DNA from: Gammaproteobacteria bacterium
GTDB lineage: Bacteria; Pseudomonadota; Gammaproteobacteria; SZUA-140
Assembly (NCBI GenBank): GCA_015492435.1
Contig: WGFB01000009.1
Location: 1-63,429 of the forward strand
DNA: 63,429 bases
Direction of reading: 5' to 3'
In this document: positions 10,353 to 20,871 of the stretch, piece by piece
Position numbering within the stretch: position 1 is the stretch's first letter
Layout: every line of letters begins with the position of its first letter
The notes under the pieces: model-generated
What the model was told of the DNA's origin: nothing
What the model saw: only the letters and a program-made list of their open reading frames with translations
Databases searched by the model: none
Program-made: the position numbers and the translations under genes

Positions 10353-12026
10353 TTACACCTTGAACTGATTTACCGTCCCTTGCAGATCCACGGCCAGCTT
10401 GGCGATATCGTGGCTGGCGATCTCGGTCTGCCCCGCGCCTTCGCTCACATCGCACGATACCTCGCTGATGGAGACGATGCTGCGGTTGATCTCCTCGGAA
10501 ACCATGGTCTGCTGTTCCGCCGCGCTGGCGATCTGGGTCGTCATGTCACTGATAACCCCTACTGAGCAAAGGATTTTTTCGAGGGACTCGTTGCTGGAGG
10601 CCACATTCTCCAGGCTGTGCGCGGCCCGCTCACTGCCATGGCTCATCACACTCACCGCCTCCCGGGCACGGCCCTGCAGTTTCTCGATGGTCTGCTGGAT
10701 CTCGTCGGTGGACTCCTGGGTGCGCTGCGCCAGCGTGCGCACCTCGTCCGCCACCACGGCAAAGCCCCGCCCCTGTTCACCGGCGCGCGCGGCCTCGATG
10801 GCGGCATTCAACGCCAACAGGTTGGTCTGCTCGGCAATGTCCTTGATCACGTCCAGAACGGAACCGATGCTCTCGCTGTCACCGGCAAGCAGTTCGATCA
10901 CGCGGGAGGCATTCTCGATTTCGCCGGCCAGGGACTGTATGGAGGCAATGGCTCCGCCCACCACCTCATTGTTCTTCTCAGCTTCCTGATTGGCGTCTCC
11001 GACAGCCCGGGCCGCCTCCGACGCATTTCTCGCCACCTCGTGCATGGAGGCCGTCATCTGTGTCATGGCGGTGGCAACCTGCTCCGTTTCCCCCTTCTGG
11101 CGCTCGGCGGAGGTGCGGGACTGGGTCGTCACGGCCGACAACTCCTCCGCCGCTGAGGCCAGTTGGGTGGAGGCGGAGGCCACCTGGTGCAACACCGCCT
11201 GCATGCTGTCCATCATGAAATTGAAGTTCGCCCCCATTTCGCCCAGCTCATCCTTGCCCTCGGGCACGCGCAGGGCGAGATCCTTGTTGGTGGCGATGTC
11301 GCGTATCACCTCGTTGGTGGCGCGCAGCGAGCGCCGGATTCCCCCCGTCATCCACACGCCGAGCCCCACGCCGATCATGATACTGCCCCCGGCGATGGCC
11401 GACATGCCCACCACGGCGGCATGCTCCTCCTCTTTGACCGTGAGGATGGACTGTTCGGTGAATTTCTCCACCTCCGCCAGCAGGGCCTCGAGTTCCCCGT
11501 CCAGCTTGGCGCCCTCGCGCTCGGCCGTGGCGGCAAGTTCCTCCGCATCCGCCGCCCGGCCTGCCTCGATCAGGGCAAAAGCTTCCGCCACATGCCGGCT
11601 GTATTTCTCATGCTCCTCGCCGATGCGGTCCAGCTCGGACAAAAGACGCTGAAACTCGGTCCGGGATGCCTCCGAATGGGCCACTTCCACGCCAGCGCGC
11701 GCCACACCCATGCCCTTTTCAATCTCGGCGACGATACGCTCGTCCAATTCCGCGAAGCGCTGATGTTCCCTCCGCACCCCGTCCAGACCATCCAGTTCGG
11801 GATTCCTGACATGGCCGGCGCGCAAGGCCTTCTCCAACGCCACGGCCTGTTCCAGCTGGCCCACGGTAATCGAGGTCAGGGATTCCAGCAGGGGGATGTC
11901 CTCTTCCGCGATTTCCTTGACCTCCTCCTCGATACTCATCAACTTGGACAATCCCCAGGCCACCACCGCAATCATCAGGACGGTATTGGCCACCAGCATC
12001 AGGTTCATCTTGTGGCTGATTTTCAT
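10353..12026 (-). CDS. Methyl-accepting chemotaxis protein (TM-sensor-TM-HAMP-signalling domain)
   Basis: [37 protein letters not shown] hairpin tip; two TM segments; GGAGG RBS. Confidence 0.95.
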   Translation of the reverse strand: MKISHKMNLMLVANTVLMIAVVAWGLSKLMSIEEEVKEIAEEDIPLLESLTSITVGQLEQAVALEKALRAGHVRNPELDGLDGVRREHQRFAELDERIVAEIEKGMGVARAGVEVAHSEASRTEFQRLLSELDRIGEEHEKYSRHVAEAFALIEAGRAADAEELAATAEREGAKLDGELEALLAEVEKFTEQSILTVKEEEHAAVVGMSAIAGGSIMIGVGLGVWMTGGIRRSLRATNEVIRDIATNKDLALRVPEGKDELGEMGANFNFMMDSMQAVLHQVASASTQLASAAEELSAVTTQSRTSAERQKGETEQVATAMTQMTASMHEVARNASEAARAVGDANQEAEKNNEVVGGAIASIQSLAGEIENASRVIELLAGDSESIGSVLDVIKDIAEQTNLLALNAAIEAARAGEQGRGFAVVADEVRTLAQRTQESTDEIQQTIEKLQGRAREAVSVMSHGSERAAHSLENVASSNESLEKILCSVGVISDMTTQIASAAEQQTMVSEEINRSIVSISEVSCDVSEGAGQTEIASHDIAKLAVDLQGTVNQFKV

Positions 12027-12146
12027 AGATGCCTCCTCTCACCCGGTTATCGCCTGATGACTCCCTCCGCCGGCGGGACAATGACAGCCTTCAGTGTCTG
12101 CCGCGGAACTCCCGGCATGCGCCGGTGCATTCCTTACTATTCTAGT

Positions 12147-12173
12147 TTATCGGCCGGCGCGCGGAATCCTAAA
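12147..12173 (-). promoter_or_regulatory. Candidate sigma-28 (FliA) promoter for the MCP
   Basis: Minus strand TTTA-N15-GCCGATAA; -10 matches consensus exactly, -35 is weak (consensus TAAA). Confidence 0.5.
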
Positions 12174-12226
12174 ACCAAGGAATTCTTTCAGCATCAACGA
12201 CCTGTGAGCGGCACACAACTTCCTTG

Positions 12227-12541
12227 TCAGTGCAGGAACAGGGGCAGCGGAATCACCAGGGAAAGCGAGGGCCGCGCATGCACGACTTCGCGATGGAGAG
12301 GGCGGTGGATTTCGTAGACCACCTCGCGCCTGACGACATGGCCCGGGGCCACGTAGCCATGGTACCCATGTTCCCAGTCGCCATGATGCCGTGGGCGCTC
12401 CACAAGGACTGGGGCATGGCGGGGCTTGACATGATGGGTCCGCTCATCCGCGCGGGCCAGGGCGGGACTCATGCCCAAAATGATGATGACCAGGGCCGCG
12501 ATGGCCGCCGTCAACCAAGAAATTGAATCTCGCGTAGTCAT
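12227..12541 (-). CDS. Small predicted secreted His/Arg-rich protein
   Basis: Signal-peptide-like N-terminus ending ALARA; His-rich mature part; GAAGGAG RBS. Confidence 0.65.
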   Translation of the reverse strand: MTTRDSISWLTAAIAALVIIILGMSPALARADERTHHVKPRHAPVLVERPRHHGDWEHGYHGYVAPGHVVRREVVYEIHRPLHREVVHARPSLSLVIPLPLFLH

Positions 12542-12661
12542 GATCCGTTCTCCTTCTCAGTGAATACTTTCAGCCGTATATCATTCTCAGCGGGAACAGA
12601 TGAATACACGCTGAATGGCGCATGAAGTCGACAAAACCCGCTGATTGCGTTAAATTACTAA

Positions 12662-12820
12662 GGAACCTCTGATTAATTCTGGACCGGATGGATGGCGAGA
12701 TGAAATGTTCCAGATCAAGGCGAAAAACGCAGGTAATCGCATGCTATTGCCAAGCTTTTCAACGCAGAGCCGGGACATTTCAGCCGCCAGACGCCGGTTC
12801 ATGAATTAATCAGAGGTTCC
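12662..12820. mobile_element. MITE family A, copy 2 (159 bp)
   Basis: TIRs GGAACCTCTGATTAATT / AATTAATCAGAGGTTCC; flanks CTAA / TTAA. Confidence 0.9.
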
Positions 12821-12843
12821 TTAATCCGGCAACAATATATGTC
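12821..12843 (+). repeat. Solo left end of element family D
   Basis: TTAATCCGGCAACAATATATGTC, matches left end of 34487-34629. Confidence 0.7.
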
Positions 12844-12905
12844 ATTCCACGCAAACCGCCCGACATCCCCGGGCGTACCATCACAGTCAACCGAGAGGAT
12901 CCGAT

Positions 12906-13718
12906 ATGCCACCCATCCAGCGCGCATCCTGGTTTTTTTCCACCCTGATCGCCACAGCGCTCTTGCATTCGGGCGCGGCCCTGGCTGCCCCGGGCGCGGA
13001 GGACATCGTGCGCCAGTGCGGCAACAAGATTCCCGGCCAGGATCTCAAGACCAGGCTGACCATCGAACTCATCAACAAGGCGGGCGACACCAAGCGCCAG
13101 GAATTCGTGCGCCACTGGAAAAACAGCAATGGCCAGGACGACATCATGAGCAAGACCCTGCTGGTCACCACCTATCCCCCGGACAGCAAGGGAGTCGCCT
13201 TCCTGCGCTGGACCTACAGCCCGGGCGTGCACAAGCACGACGCCCAGTGGCTCTATCTCCCCAAGACCAAGACCCTGCGCAAGATTCCCATCCAGGATCT
13301 CAACAACAATTTTCTCAATTCCGACCTCACCTATGGCGACATGGCGCCCCGGGCCGTGGACGACGACACCCATACCCTGGTCGACGAGGATGCGGATTTC
13401 TATATCGTCGAAAGCAGGCCCAGGGAAAAGGACACCCTCTACAGCAAGAAACGGGTATGGTACAAGAAGGGAAAGAACGGGGATGAATGCGTCAAATCAC
13501 GGGTGGAATACTACGATCTCAACGGCGCCCTGCTGAAGACTCAGGCCATTCAGTGGGAGAACATCGATGGCGCCTGGATCTGGCGTGAAATGCAGGTCAA
13601 GAACGTGCAGAACGGCCACGCCACCCGTTTCACCATCGATGACGTGCAGCTCAATATCGGCCTGAAAGACAGCCTCTTTACCACCCGCACCCTCAAGCGC
13701 GGCCTGTCTGGAACCTGA
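12906..13718 (+). CDS. Outer-membrane lipoprotein-sorting (LolA-like fold) family protein
   Basis: Signal peptide; QWLYLP...RKI...FLNSDLTYGDM and LLK...W pattern of this family. Confidence 0.75.
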   Translation: MPPIQRASWFFSTLIATALLHSGAALAAPGAEDIVRQCGNKIPGQDLKTRLTIELINKAGDTKRQEFVRHWKNSNGQDDIMSKTLLVTTYPPDSKGVAFLRWTYSPGVHKHDAQWLYLPKTKTLRKIPIQDLNNNFLNSDLTYGDMAPRAVDDDTHTLVDEDADFYIVESRPREKDTLYSKKRVWYKKGKNGDECVKSRVEYYDLNGALLKTQAIQWENIDGAWIWREMQVKNVQNGHATRFTIDDVQLNIGLKDSLFTTRTLKRGLSGT

Positions 13719-13751
13719 GTCCGTGGATTCAGGTGGAGACCAGGCGGCCGC

Positions 13752-13773
13752 TATTAACCCGGCAACAATATAT
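13752..13773 (+). repeat. Solo left end of element family D
   Basis: TATTAACCCGGCAACAATATAT. Confidence 0.7.
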
Positions 13774-13805
13774 ATTGCAGGATGGCGGGGTGTACCCTGT
13801 CCTGC

Positions 13806-14228
13806 TCAATGAATCCAATGGGATTCCAGCAACATCAACCCGCTCAATGCCGCCACCACCACGGCGGTGGAGGTGAAATTGTCCACCACCACCAGATTCA
13901 GGTCCGGCGAGAACAGGGTCGCCGACGAGGTGCGCAGAATAATCATCACCCACATCCCGACCAGCGCCATGGCGCCCAGATTAAACGTGCTGTTGATGAT
14001 GCGCGAATGCTTCAGGTTGTGCAGAAAATATCCCAGCAGGAAATAGACCGAGTAAGGCACGGTATAAATGTATACTGTCTTCATGGCGATCTCGGTGCTG
14101 TTGCCCGGCGTATAGAGCGCGGCGGTGAAACCGACGGCGATGGTAAACACCAGTGCCGCTACAGCCAGGATCAGTCCGAAAGTCACGGTTTGAATAATAT
14201 ATTGGTTGATTTGCTTCAGAATGATCAT
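13806..14228 (-). CDS. Hypothetical integral membrane protein (140 aa, about 4 TM)
   Basis: GGAGG RBS before ATG 14228; several hydrophobic stretches; more AT-rich than flanking genes; no family recognised. Confidence 0.65.
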   Translation of the reverse strand: MIILKQINQYIIQTVTFGLILAVAALVFTIAVGFTAALYTPGNSTEIAMKTVYIYTVPYSVYFLLGYFLHNLKHSRIINSTFNLGAMALVGMWVMIILRTSSATLFSPDLNLVVVDNFTSTAVVVAALSGLMLLESHWIH

Positions 14229-14434
14229 GGGTTGACCTCCCGCAGGTTCCGGATCAGTCAGTGACCTGCCCGATGACACGCTCAGTGTACCACCAACACG
14301 CGCGGCATCATCATGCCAAGAGTGCGGCGCTGGTGACAAACCGCCTGTTTGAGGGCAGACTATGTTACCTATTTGACAAGCGAGAATCGGGCCAATCTCA
14401 AGCAGGAAAACACACACTTTTCCCGGCAGTACAT

Positions 14435-14537
14435 CAGGCCTTATCCAGGGAAGGTACAAGATACAAAAGGCTGATTCCCTTGTACCTTGTATCTTTTACC
14501 TTTCACAATCCCAATACCTAATCTATTGCAATGACTG
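14435..14537 (+). repeat. Composite repeat family C, copy 2 (5'-truncated)
   Basis: CAGG..TTATCC + AAGGTAC-AAGATAC ... TTGTACC-TTGTATC-TTTTACC + TTTCACAATCCCA-N12-TTGCAATGACTG. Confidence 0.85.
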
Positions 14538-14569
14538 GGTTTATTGACGTTACCGGGACATTGATTTCC

Positions 14570-15400
14570 ATGAACATCCAATTCACCAAAATGCATGGCT
14601 TGGGGAACGACTTCGTGGTTATCGACGACACGGCGCGCGCCCTCCGTCTGACTTCACGGCAGATCCGCTTTCTGGCAGACCGCCATTTCGGTGTCGGCTG
14701 TGATCAGGTGCTGATCGTCGAACGGGCGCGGGATCCGGCCCACGACTTCCGTTACCGCATCTTCAATGCCGATGGAGAAGAAGTGGGCGCCTGTGGCAAC
14801 GGGGCGCGTTGCTTTGCCCGCTATGTCCATGACCGGGGGCTGACGGACAAGCGTGAACTGGCCCTGGAGACCCTGGGCGGAGTGGTGCGCACCCGTATCG
14901 AAGACGACGGCATGATCACCGTGGACATGGGCACGCCCCGTTTCGAGCCCCGGGAGATCCCCTTCGTGGCGGATGCGCCCGCCCCCGCTTATCTCCTGAG
15001 CGTGGAAGGCGAAGACTATGAGATCAGCGCCCTGTCTCTCGGCAACCCCCATGCCGTGCTCCTGGTGGACGATGTCGATGAGGCGCCCGTGGCGCGGCTC
15101 GGGCCACTGATCGAGCGCCACGAACGCTTTCCCCAGCGGGTCAACGTGGGCTTCCTCGAAATCGGCGGACGTGCCCATGCCCGCCTGCGCGTCCATGAGC
15201 GTGGCGCGGGGGAGACCCTGGCCTGTGGCAGCGGCGCCTGCGCCGCCATGGTCGCCGCCCGCCGCCGCGATCTGATGGATGCGCGTTGCACCCTCTCCCT
15301 GCGCGGTGGAGACCTGACAATTGCATGGCCAGGTCCGGGAAGTTCCGTTATGATGACGGGACCAGCCACATTCGTTTTTGAAGGAACCCTGGAAGTATGA
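14570..15400 (+). CDS. dapF: Diaminopimelate epimerase
   Basis: [37 protein letters not shown]; start placed at ATG 14570. Confidence 0.95.
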   Translation: MNIQFTKMHGLGNDFVVIDDTARALRLTSRQIRFLADRHFGVGCDQVLIVERARDPAHDFRYRIFNADGEEVGACGNGARCFARYVHDRGLTDKRELALETLGGVVRTRIEDDGMITVDMGTPRFEPREIPFVADAPAPAYLLSVEGEDYEISALSLGNPHAVLLVDDVDEAPVARLGPLIERHERFPQRVNVGFLEIGGRAHARLRVHERGAGETLACGSGACAAMVAARRRDLMDARCTLSLRGGDLTIAWPGPGSSVMMTGPATFVFEGTLEV

Positions 15401-16134
15401 ATACCGGGCAAGACCAGAATCCGGCGGCGGAACTGGCGGACGAGGCCGCCGTCGTCAAATACCTGCGCACGCACCCCGATTTCTTCGCCGCTCACCCCGA
15501 TGTGCTCGCCGAACTGAACCTGTCCCATGAAACCGGGGCGGCCACTTCCCTGATCGAGCGCCAGGTGGCCATCCTGCGGCGCCAGAATCATCAGCACCGG
15601 GAACAACTGCAGGAACTGATCCGGATCGCCCAGGACAATGAACGCCTCATCCTGCGCCTGCAGCAACTGACTCTCGACCTGCTCGACACGGAGCGGTTGC
15701 CGGACATGATCGACCTGCTGCGCGCCACCCTGCAGGGCGATTTCCACGCCGACGCCGCCGCACTGCATTTCACCAGCCTGCCCCTGCGCCAACTGCCGGG
15801 CATCCACGAGGACGACTTTATCCAGGTATTCATCCATGGCGCCGAGGATGAAACGCCGCAAGAACTCACCCGGCTCATCGCCAATGAAAAACCCTGCTGT
15901 GGTAAATTCAACGAGAACGTGCTGGCCCGGATCTTTCCGGAAGAAGGCAGGGAAACCACCACCGCGGCCTTGATTCCCCTGGCGCTCAAGGACATACCTG
16001 GCAAGGGACTGCTCGCCATCGGCAGCCATGACGAGCACCGTTTCAACGCCGAAATGGGCACGGTCTACCTGCAATACATGGGCGAGCTGATCGGACGCAA
16101 GCTGGCCCCCCATCTCTCCGCGCCCTCCCCTTGA
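15397..16134 (+). CDS. DUF484 (YigA) family protein
   Basis: YLRTHPDFF...[11 protein letters not shown]; conserved position between dapF and xerC. Confidence 0.9.
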   Translation: MNTGQDQNPAAELADEAAVVKYLRTHPDFFAAHPDVLAELNLSHETGAATSLIERQVAILRRQNHQHREQLQELIRIAQDNERLILRLQQLTLDLLDTERLPDMIDLLRATLQGDFHADAAALHFTSLPLRQLPGIHEDDFIQVFIHGAEDETPQELTRLIANEKPCCGKFNENVLARIFPEEGRETTTAALIPLALKDIPGKGLLAIGSHDEHRFNAEMGTVYLQYMGELIGRKLAPHLSAPSP

Positions 16135-17051
16135 TCGCTTACCGGGCCTGGCTGGACAGATACCGCGACTATCTTCAGGTCGAGAAACGCTACTCATCCC
16201 ATACATGCCTGGCCTATATGCGCGATCTGCGCAAGCTCGTGGACTACTGCAGGGACGCCGGGATCGAGGAATGGACGGCGCTGGATCATTCCCACATCCG
16301 CAACTTCGTCGCCGCCCATCACCGCAAGGGCCTGGGCAGCGCCAGCCTGCAGCGCCTGCTGTCATCGGTGCGCGGCTTCTGCGCCTTTCTGATACGGGAA
16401 GGCGCCATGAAGCACAATCCCGCCGTGGATACCCAGGCGCCGCGGACAGCGCGCCGCCTCCCGGACGTGCTGGACGTGGACCAGACCAGCCAGCTCCTCG
16501 CCTTCTCGGGCGGGGGGATTCTGGATATCCGTGACCGCGCCATCATGGAGCTGTTCTATTCCTCGGGGCTGCGCCTCGGTGAACTGGCCGCCCTCGATCT
16601 CAGGCACCTGGACCTGGCCAACGCCACGGTTGAAGTGACGGGCAAGGGCCGCAAGACCCGTATCCTCCCCGTCGGTGGCCACGCCCGCCGCGCCCTCGAA
16701 GCCTGGCTGGCGCAGCGAGCCGGCCTCGCGCGCGATGACACCCAGGCCCTGTTTCTGAGCCGCCGGGGAAAGCGCCTCACGCCGCGCGCCATTCAGCAGC
16801 GCATCCAGCGGCAGGCGCACAGACAGCTCCTGCCCGGCAGGGTCCATCCCCACATGCTGCGCCACAGTTTCGCCAGCCACCTGCTGGAATCCAGCGCCGA
16901 CCTGCGCGCCGTGCAGGAACTGCTGGGACACGAAGACATCTCCACCACCCAGATCTACACCCACCTGGATTTCCAGCACCTGGCCAGGGTCTACGACAAG
17001 GCCCACCCGCGCGCGCGCAAGAAACGCGGCAAAATGGATTTGAAGGACTGA
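16131..17051 (+). CDS. xerC: Tyrosine recombinase XerC
   Basis: [29 protein letters not shown]...TTQIYTH; dapF-DUF484-xerC synteny. Confidence 0.95.
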   Translation: MIAYRAWLDRYRDYLQVEKRYSSHTCLAYMRDLRKLVDYCRDAGIEEWTALDHSHIRNFVAAHHRKGLGSASLQRLLSSVRGFCAFLIREGAMKHNPAVDTQAPRTARRLPDVLDVDQTSQLLAFSGGGILDIRDRAIMELFYSSGLRLGELAALDLRHLDLANATVEVTGKGRKTRILPVGGHARRALEAWLAQRAGLARDDTQALFLSRRGKRLTPRAIQQRIQRQAHRQLLPGRVHPHMLRHSFASHLLESSADLRAVQELLGHEDISTTQIYTHLDFQHLARVYDKAHPRARKKRGKMDLKD

Positions 17052-17174
17052 ACTGGAATCGTCCGGCCTCTCCCCGGCACCTTCCCGGCGGAAGATTCTG
17101 TCCCGCCACGCAGATGGTGTACAATTCATGGTCCGCCCCGTGAAAAAGCCGGGGCATTGCAAGGAGAAAACACA

Positions 17175-17720
17175 GTGGAACAATTCCGCGGCACGACCAT
17201 CCTCAGCGTGCGCAGAAACGGCAAGGTCGTTCTGGGCGGCGACGGACAGGTGTCCATGGGCAACACCGTCATGAAGGGCAATGCGCGCAAGGTGCGCAGG
17301 CTCTACAACGACCAGGTGCTGGCGGGTTTCGCCGGGGGCACCGCCGACGCCTTCACCCTCTTCGAGCGCTTCGAAGGCAAACTGGAAATGTATTCCGGCA
17401 ACCTGCTGCGCGCCGCCGTGGAACTGGCCAAGGACTGGCGCACCGACCGCATGCTGCGCCGCCTGGAGGCCCTGCTGGCCATTGCCGACAGCAAATCCTC
17501 CCTCATCATTTCCGGCAACGGCGACGTGATCGAACCGGAGAACAATCTCATCGCCATCGGCTCGGGCGGCCCCTACGCCCAGGCCGCGGCGCGCGCCCTG
17601 CTGGAGAATACGGAGCTGGAAGCGCGCGCCATCGTGGAGCAGGCCCTGGGCATCGCCGCCGACATCTGCGTCTACACCAACCGCAATCTGACCATTGAAG
17701 AACTCTCGACAGGTGAATAA
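17175..17720 (+). CDS. hslV: ATP-dependent protease peptidase subunit HslV
   Basis: TTILSVRR N-terminal Thr, [15 protein letters not shown]; AAGGAG RBS before GTG 17175. Confidence 0.95.
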   Translation: MEQFRGTTILSVRRNGKVVLGGDGQVSMGNTVMKGNARKVRRLYNDQVLAGFAGGTADAFTLFERFEGKLEMYSGNLLRAAVELAKDWRTDRMLRRLEALLAIADSKSSLIISGNGDVIEPENNLIAIGSGGPYAQAAARALLENTELEARAIVEQALGIAADICVYTNRNLTIEELSTGE

Positions 17721-17726
17721 TCGATC

Positions 17727-19052
17727 ATGTCCGAAATGACACCCCGTGAAATCGTCCAGGAACTGGACAAGCACATCATCGGGCAACACAATGCCAAGCG
17801 CGCCGTGGCCATCGCCCTGCGCAACCGCTGGCGGCGCATGCAGGTGGACGAGAGCCTGCGCAACGAAATCACACCCAAGAACATCCTGATGATCGGCCCC
17901 ACCGGCGTGGGCAAGACGGAAATCGCGCGCCGCGTCTCCAAGCTGGCCCGCGCGCCCTTTATCAAGGTGGAAGCCAGCAAATTCACGGAAGTGGGCTACG
18001 TTGGCAGGGATGTCGAATCCATCATTCGCGATCTGGCGGACATCTCCGTAAAAATGACCAGGGAAACCGAGATGGAGAAGGTGCGTCACCGGGCCGAGGA
18101 CATGGCCGAGGAACGCATCCTCGACATCCTGCTGCCGGCGGCGCGCGGAGAAGGCGGTGATGCCGACAGCATGGCCGCCACCCGCCAGAAATTCCGCAAG
18201 AAACTGCGCGAGGGCCAACTGGATGAGCGCGAGATCGAGGTGGAACTGGCGGCGGCCCCCGTGGGCGTGGAGATCATGACCCCGCCGGGCATGGAGGAGA
18301 TGAGCAACCAGCTCTCCACCCTGTTCCAGAACATGGCCGGCAGCCGCACCAGGAAACGCCGCCTGCCCATCAAGCAGGCCTACAAGCTGTTGTGCGACGA
18401 GGAGGCCGCCAAGCTGGTCAACGAGGAGGAGATCAAGACCCGCGCCATGCAGAACCTGGAGCAGAACGGCATCGTCTTTCTCGACGAGATCGACAAGATC
18501 GCGCGGCGCTCCGATCACAGCAGCGGCCCGGACGTCTCCCGCGAGGGGGTGCAGCGCGACCTCCTGCCCCTGGTGGAGGGCTGCACGGTCTCCACCAAGT
18601 TCGGCATGGTCAAGACCGACCACATCCTGTTCATCGCCTCGGGCGCCTTTCACCTCAGCAAGCCCTCGGACCTGATCCCGGAGCTGCAAGGCAGGCTGCC
18701 CATCCGCGTTGAGCTGGAAGCCCTGTCGGTGGACGACTTCGTGCGCATCCTCACCGAGACGGACGCCTCCCTGACCCAGCAGTACCAGGCTCTCATGGAG
18801 ACCGAGAACCTCCATCTCGAATTCAGCGCCGACGGCATCGCCCGCCTCGCGGAGATCGCCTGGCAGGTCAACGAGCGCACCGAGAACATCGGCGCCCGCC
18901 GCCTGCACACGGTCATGGAGCGGGTCATGGAAACCCTGTCCTTCGAGGCCTCCGACATGTCCGGCAAGACCGCGGTCATCGACGCCGCTTATGTCAACGC
19001 CCACCTGGACAAGCTGGTGCAGGACGAAGACCTGAGCCGTTACATTCTGTAA
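17727..19052 (+). CDS. hslU: ATP-dependent protease ATPase subunit HslU
   Basis: [41 protein letters not shown]. Confidence 0.97.
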   Translation: MSEMTPREIVQELDKHIIGQHNAKRAVAIALRNRWRRMQVDESLRNEITPKNILMIGPTGVGKTEIARRVSKLARAPFIKVEASKFTEVGYVGRDVESIIRDLADISVKMTRETEMEKVRHRAEDMAEERILDILLPAARGEGGDADSMAATRQKFRKKLREGQLDEREIEVELAAAPVGVEIMTPPGMEEMSNQLSTLFQNMAGSRTRKRRLPIKQAYKLLCDEEAAKLVNEEEIKTRAMQNLEQNGIVFLDEIDKIARRSDHSSGPDVSREGVQRDLLPLVEGCTVSTKFGMVKTDHILFIASGAFHLSKPSDLIPELQGRLPIRVELEALSVDDFVRILTETDASLTQQYQALMETENLHLEFSADGIARLAEIAWQVNERTENIGARRLHTVMERVMETLSFEASDMSGKTAVIDAAYVNAHLDKLVQDEDLSRYIL

Positions 19053-19065
19053 CCCCGGCACGCCC

Positions 19066-19443
19066 ATGACCCGCCACGACGCCTCACCCAGACCCACCAG
19101 CATCCGCCTGCATCAGAAGTCGCGCCTCCTGGAGGTCGTCTTCGACGACGGCAGTCATTTCGAGCTGCCCTGCGAATACCTGCGGGTCTATTCGCCCTCC
19201 GCCGAGGTGCAGGGTCACGGCCCGGGACAGGAGACCCTGCAGGTGGGCAAGGAAGACGTGAACATCACCGCCATCGAGCCCGTCGGCAGCTACGCCGTGC
19301 GCCTCGCCTTCGACGACGGCCACGACACCGGCCTGTACTCCTGGCCCGTACTCTACCGGCTCGGCAGCCAGAAGGACCGGCTCTGGCGGGCCTACCTGGA
19401 CCAGCTCGCGGCGGCGGGCCATCAGCGCAAGGAAGAATCGTGA
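19066..19443 (+). CDS. DUF971 / gamma-butyrobetaine hydroxylase-like N-terminal domain protein
   Basis: [19 protein letters not shown]...[12 protein letters not shown]. Confidence 0.85.
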   Translation: MTRHDASPRPTSIRLHQKSRLLEVVFDDGSHFELPCEYLRVYSPSAEVQGHGPGQETLQVGKEDVNITAIEPVGSYAVRLAFDDGHDTGLYSWPVLYRLGSQKDRLWRAYLDQLAAAGHQRKEES

Positions 19444-20195
19444 ACGAGAACGACAGCAAAACCACCCATTTCGGCTTCGAGAAAGTCCCGGAAGAAGCTA
19501 AGAAGCACCGTGTCGCCCAGGTCTTCGACTCGGTGGCGGACCGCTACGACGTGATGAATGACGTCATGTCCTTTGGCATTCACCGCCTGTGGAAGTGGCT
19601 CACCATCCAGCTGTGCCACATCCGTCCGGGGCAGACCGTACTGGACGTGGCCGCCGGCACCGGCGATCTCAGCGCGCGCCTCGCCCGCCAGGTGGGCGAT
19701 GCGGGACAGGTGGTGGCCACCGACATCAACGCCAGCATGCTGAAACAGGGGCGCCAGCGCCTGACCAACCGGGGCATCGCGGGCAACATCGCCTACGTGC
19801 AGGCCGACGCGGAGACTCTGCCGTTTCCTGACAATACCTTCGACTGCGTCACCATCGCCTTCGGACTGCGCAACGTGACCCGCAAGGAGGCCGCCCTCGC
19901 CTCCTTCCATCGCGTGCTCAAGCCCGGCGGACGCCTCATGGTCCTGGAATTCTCCAAAACCCGCGTGCCCCTGGTCAGCGGCCTCTACGACTTCTATTCC
20001 TTCAATATCCTGCCGCGCATGGGCAGGATCATCGCCAACGACAGCGACAGCTACCGCTACCTGGCGGAATCCATCCGCATGCATCCCGACCAGGATACCC
20101 TGCGCGCCATGATGGAAGCGGCCGGTTTCGAGAACTGTGGCTATCACAACTTTTCCACCGGCATCGTCGCCCTGCATCATGGCTACAAGTACTGA
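19440..20195 (+). CDS. ubiE: Ubiquinone/menaquinone C-methyltransferase
   Basis: [36 protein letters not shown]. Confidence 0.95.
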   Translation: MNENDSKTTHFGFEKVPEEAKKHRVAQVFDSVADRYDVMNDVMSFGIHRLWKWLTIQLCHIRPGQTVLDVAAGTGDLSARLARQVGDAGQVVATDINASMLKQGRQRLTNRGIAGNIAYVQADAETLPFPDNTFDCVTIAFGLRNVTRKEAALASFHRVLKPGGRLMVLEFSKTRVPLVSGLYDFYSFNILPRMGRIIANDSDSYRYLAESIRMHPDQDTLRAMMEAAGFENCGYHNFSTGIVALHHGYKY

Positions 20196-20871
20196 ATCCC
20201 GCAAGGCGCAATCCAGACCCGCCGCGAACACGGTCACCCGGGCCGCCTGCGACGCCCTGGGCGCCGCCCTCGATGCCTGGCTCGCCCTGGACCCCGACAG
20301 CCGTGAACGGCTCATCTCCCTGGAAGGCAAGGTCGTCACCATCCGCCTGCGCGGCCTGCAACTGGAATTCTCCCTGGCGGTGGAAGAGGGCCGCATGGAG
20401 GTCATGCCCCAACCCGCGGAAGGCGCGCCCGACACCATGCTGGAAGGCACGCCCCTGACCCTCCTCAAGGCGGGCCTCGCGTCACCGGGGGAGCGCGCGG
20501 CCCTGGGCGGAGAACTGGAGATCACGGGCGATACGGAAACGGGGCGCCGCTTCCAGGCCTTCTTCCAGGGCGTCCATATCGACTGGGAGGAACATCTCTC
20601 CAGGCTGATCGGCGACGTGGCCGCCCACCAGGCCGGCAACCTCGGGCGCGGCGTTGTGCAGTGGGGGGCCGAGACCCGCGAAGCCCTCCAGCAGGACGTG
20701 GGTGAATACCTGCAGGAGGAAGGGCGCTACCTGCCCCATCCCGACGAAGTGGAATCCTTTCTGTCCGCCGTGGACCGCCTGAGAAACGATGCCGACCGCC
20801 TGGAACAACGCATCCAGCGCCTGCGGCGCAGAATCCGCGAATTGAAGCAGACGCCGGAGAACCCGGCGTGA
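20179..20871 (+). CDS. ubiJ: Ubiquinone biosynthesis accessory factor (SCP2 domain)
   Basis: Between ubiE and ubiB; [12 protein letters not shown]...EYLQEE motif; start uncertain. Confidence 0.85.
   Translation: MATSTESRKAQSRPAANTVTRAACDALGAALDAWLALDPDSRERLISLEGKVVTIRLRGLQLEFSLAVEEGRMEVMPQPAEGAPDTMLEGTPLTLLKAGLASPGERAALGGELEITGDTETGRRFQAFFQGVHIDWEEHLSRLIGDVAAHQAGNLGRGVVQWGAETREALQQDVGEYLQEEGRYLPHPDEVESFLSAVDRLRNDADRLEQRIQRLRRRIRELKQTPENPA

Noticed and set aside
16131-17051. Tyrosine recombinase as a phage or island integrase
   Set aside because: Sequence and dapF-DUF484 synteny identify housekeeping XerC; no att or dif-like site seen nearby
17040-17175. Sigma-32 promoter upstream of hslVU
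   Set aside because: No CTTGAA-N13-17-CCCCAT match found; hslVU may be read through from the dapF-xerC operon
16362-19103. 913-aa minus-strand ORF, and similar long antisense ORFs (e.g. 56262-58715, 8613-10319, 4273-5931)
   Set aside because: Lie opposite clearly identifiable genes, have no recognisable motifs, and are expected from high-GC codon bias
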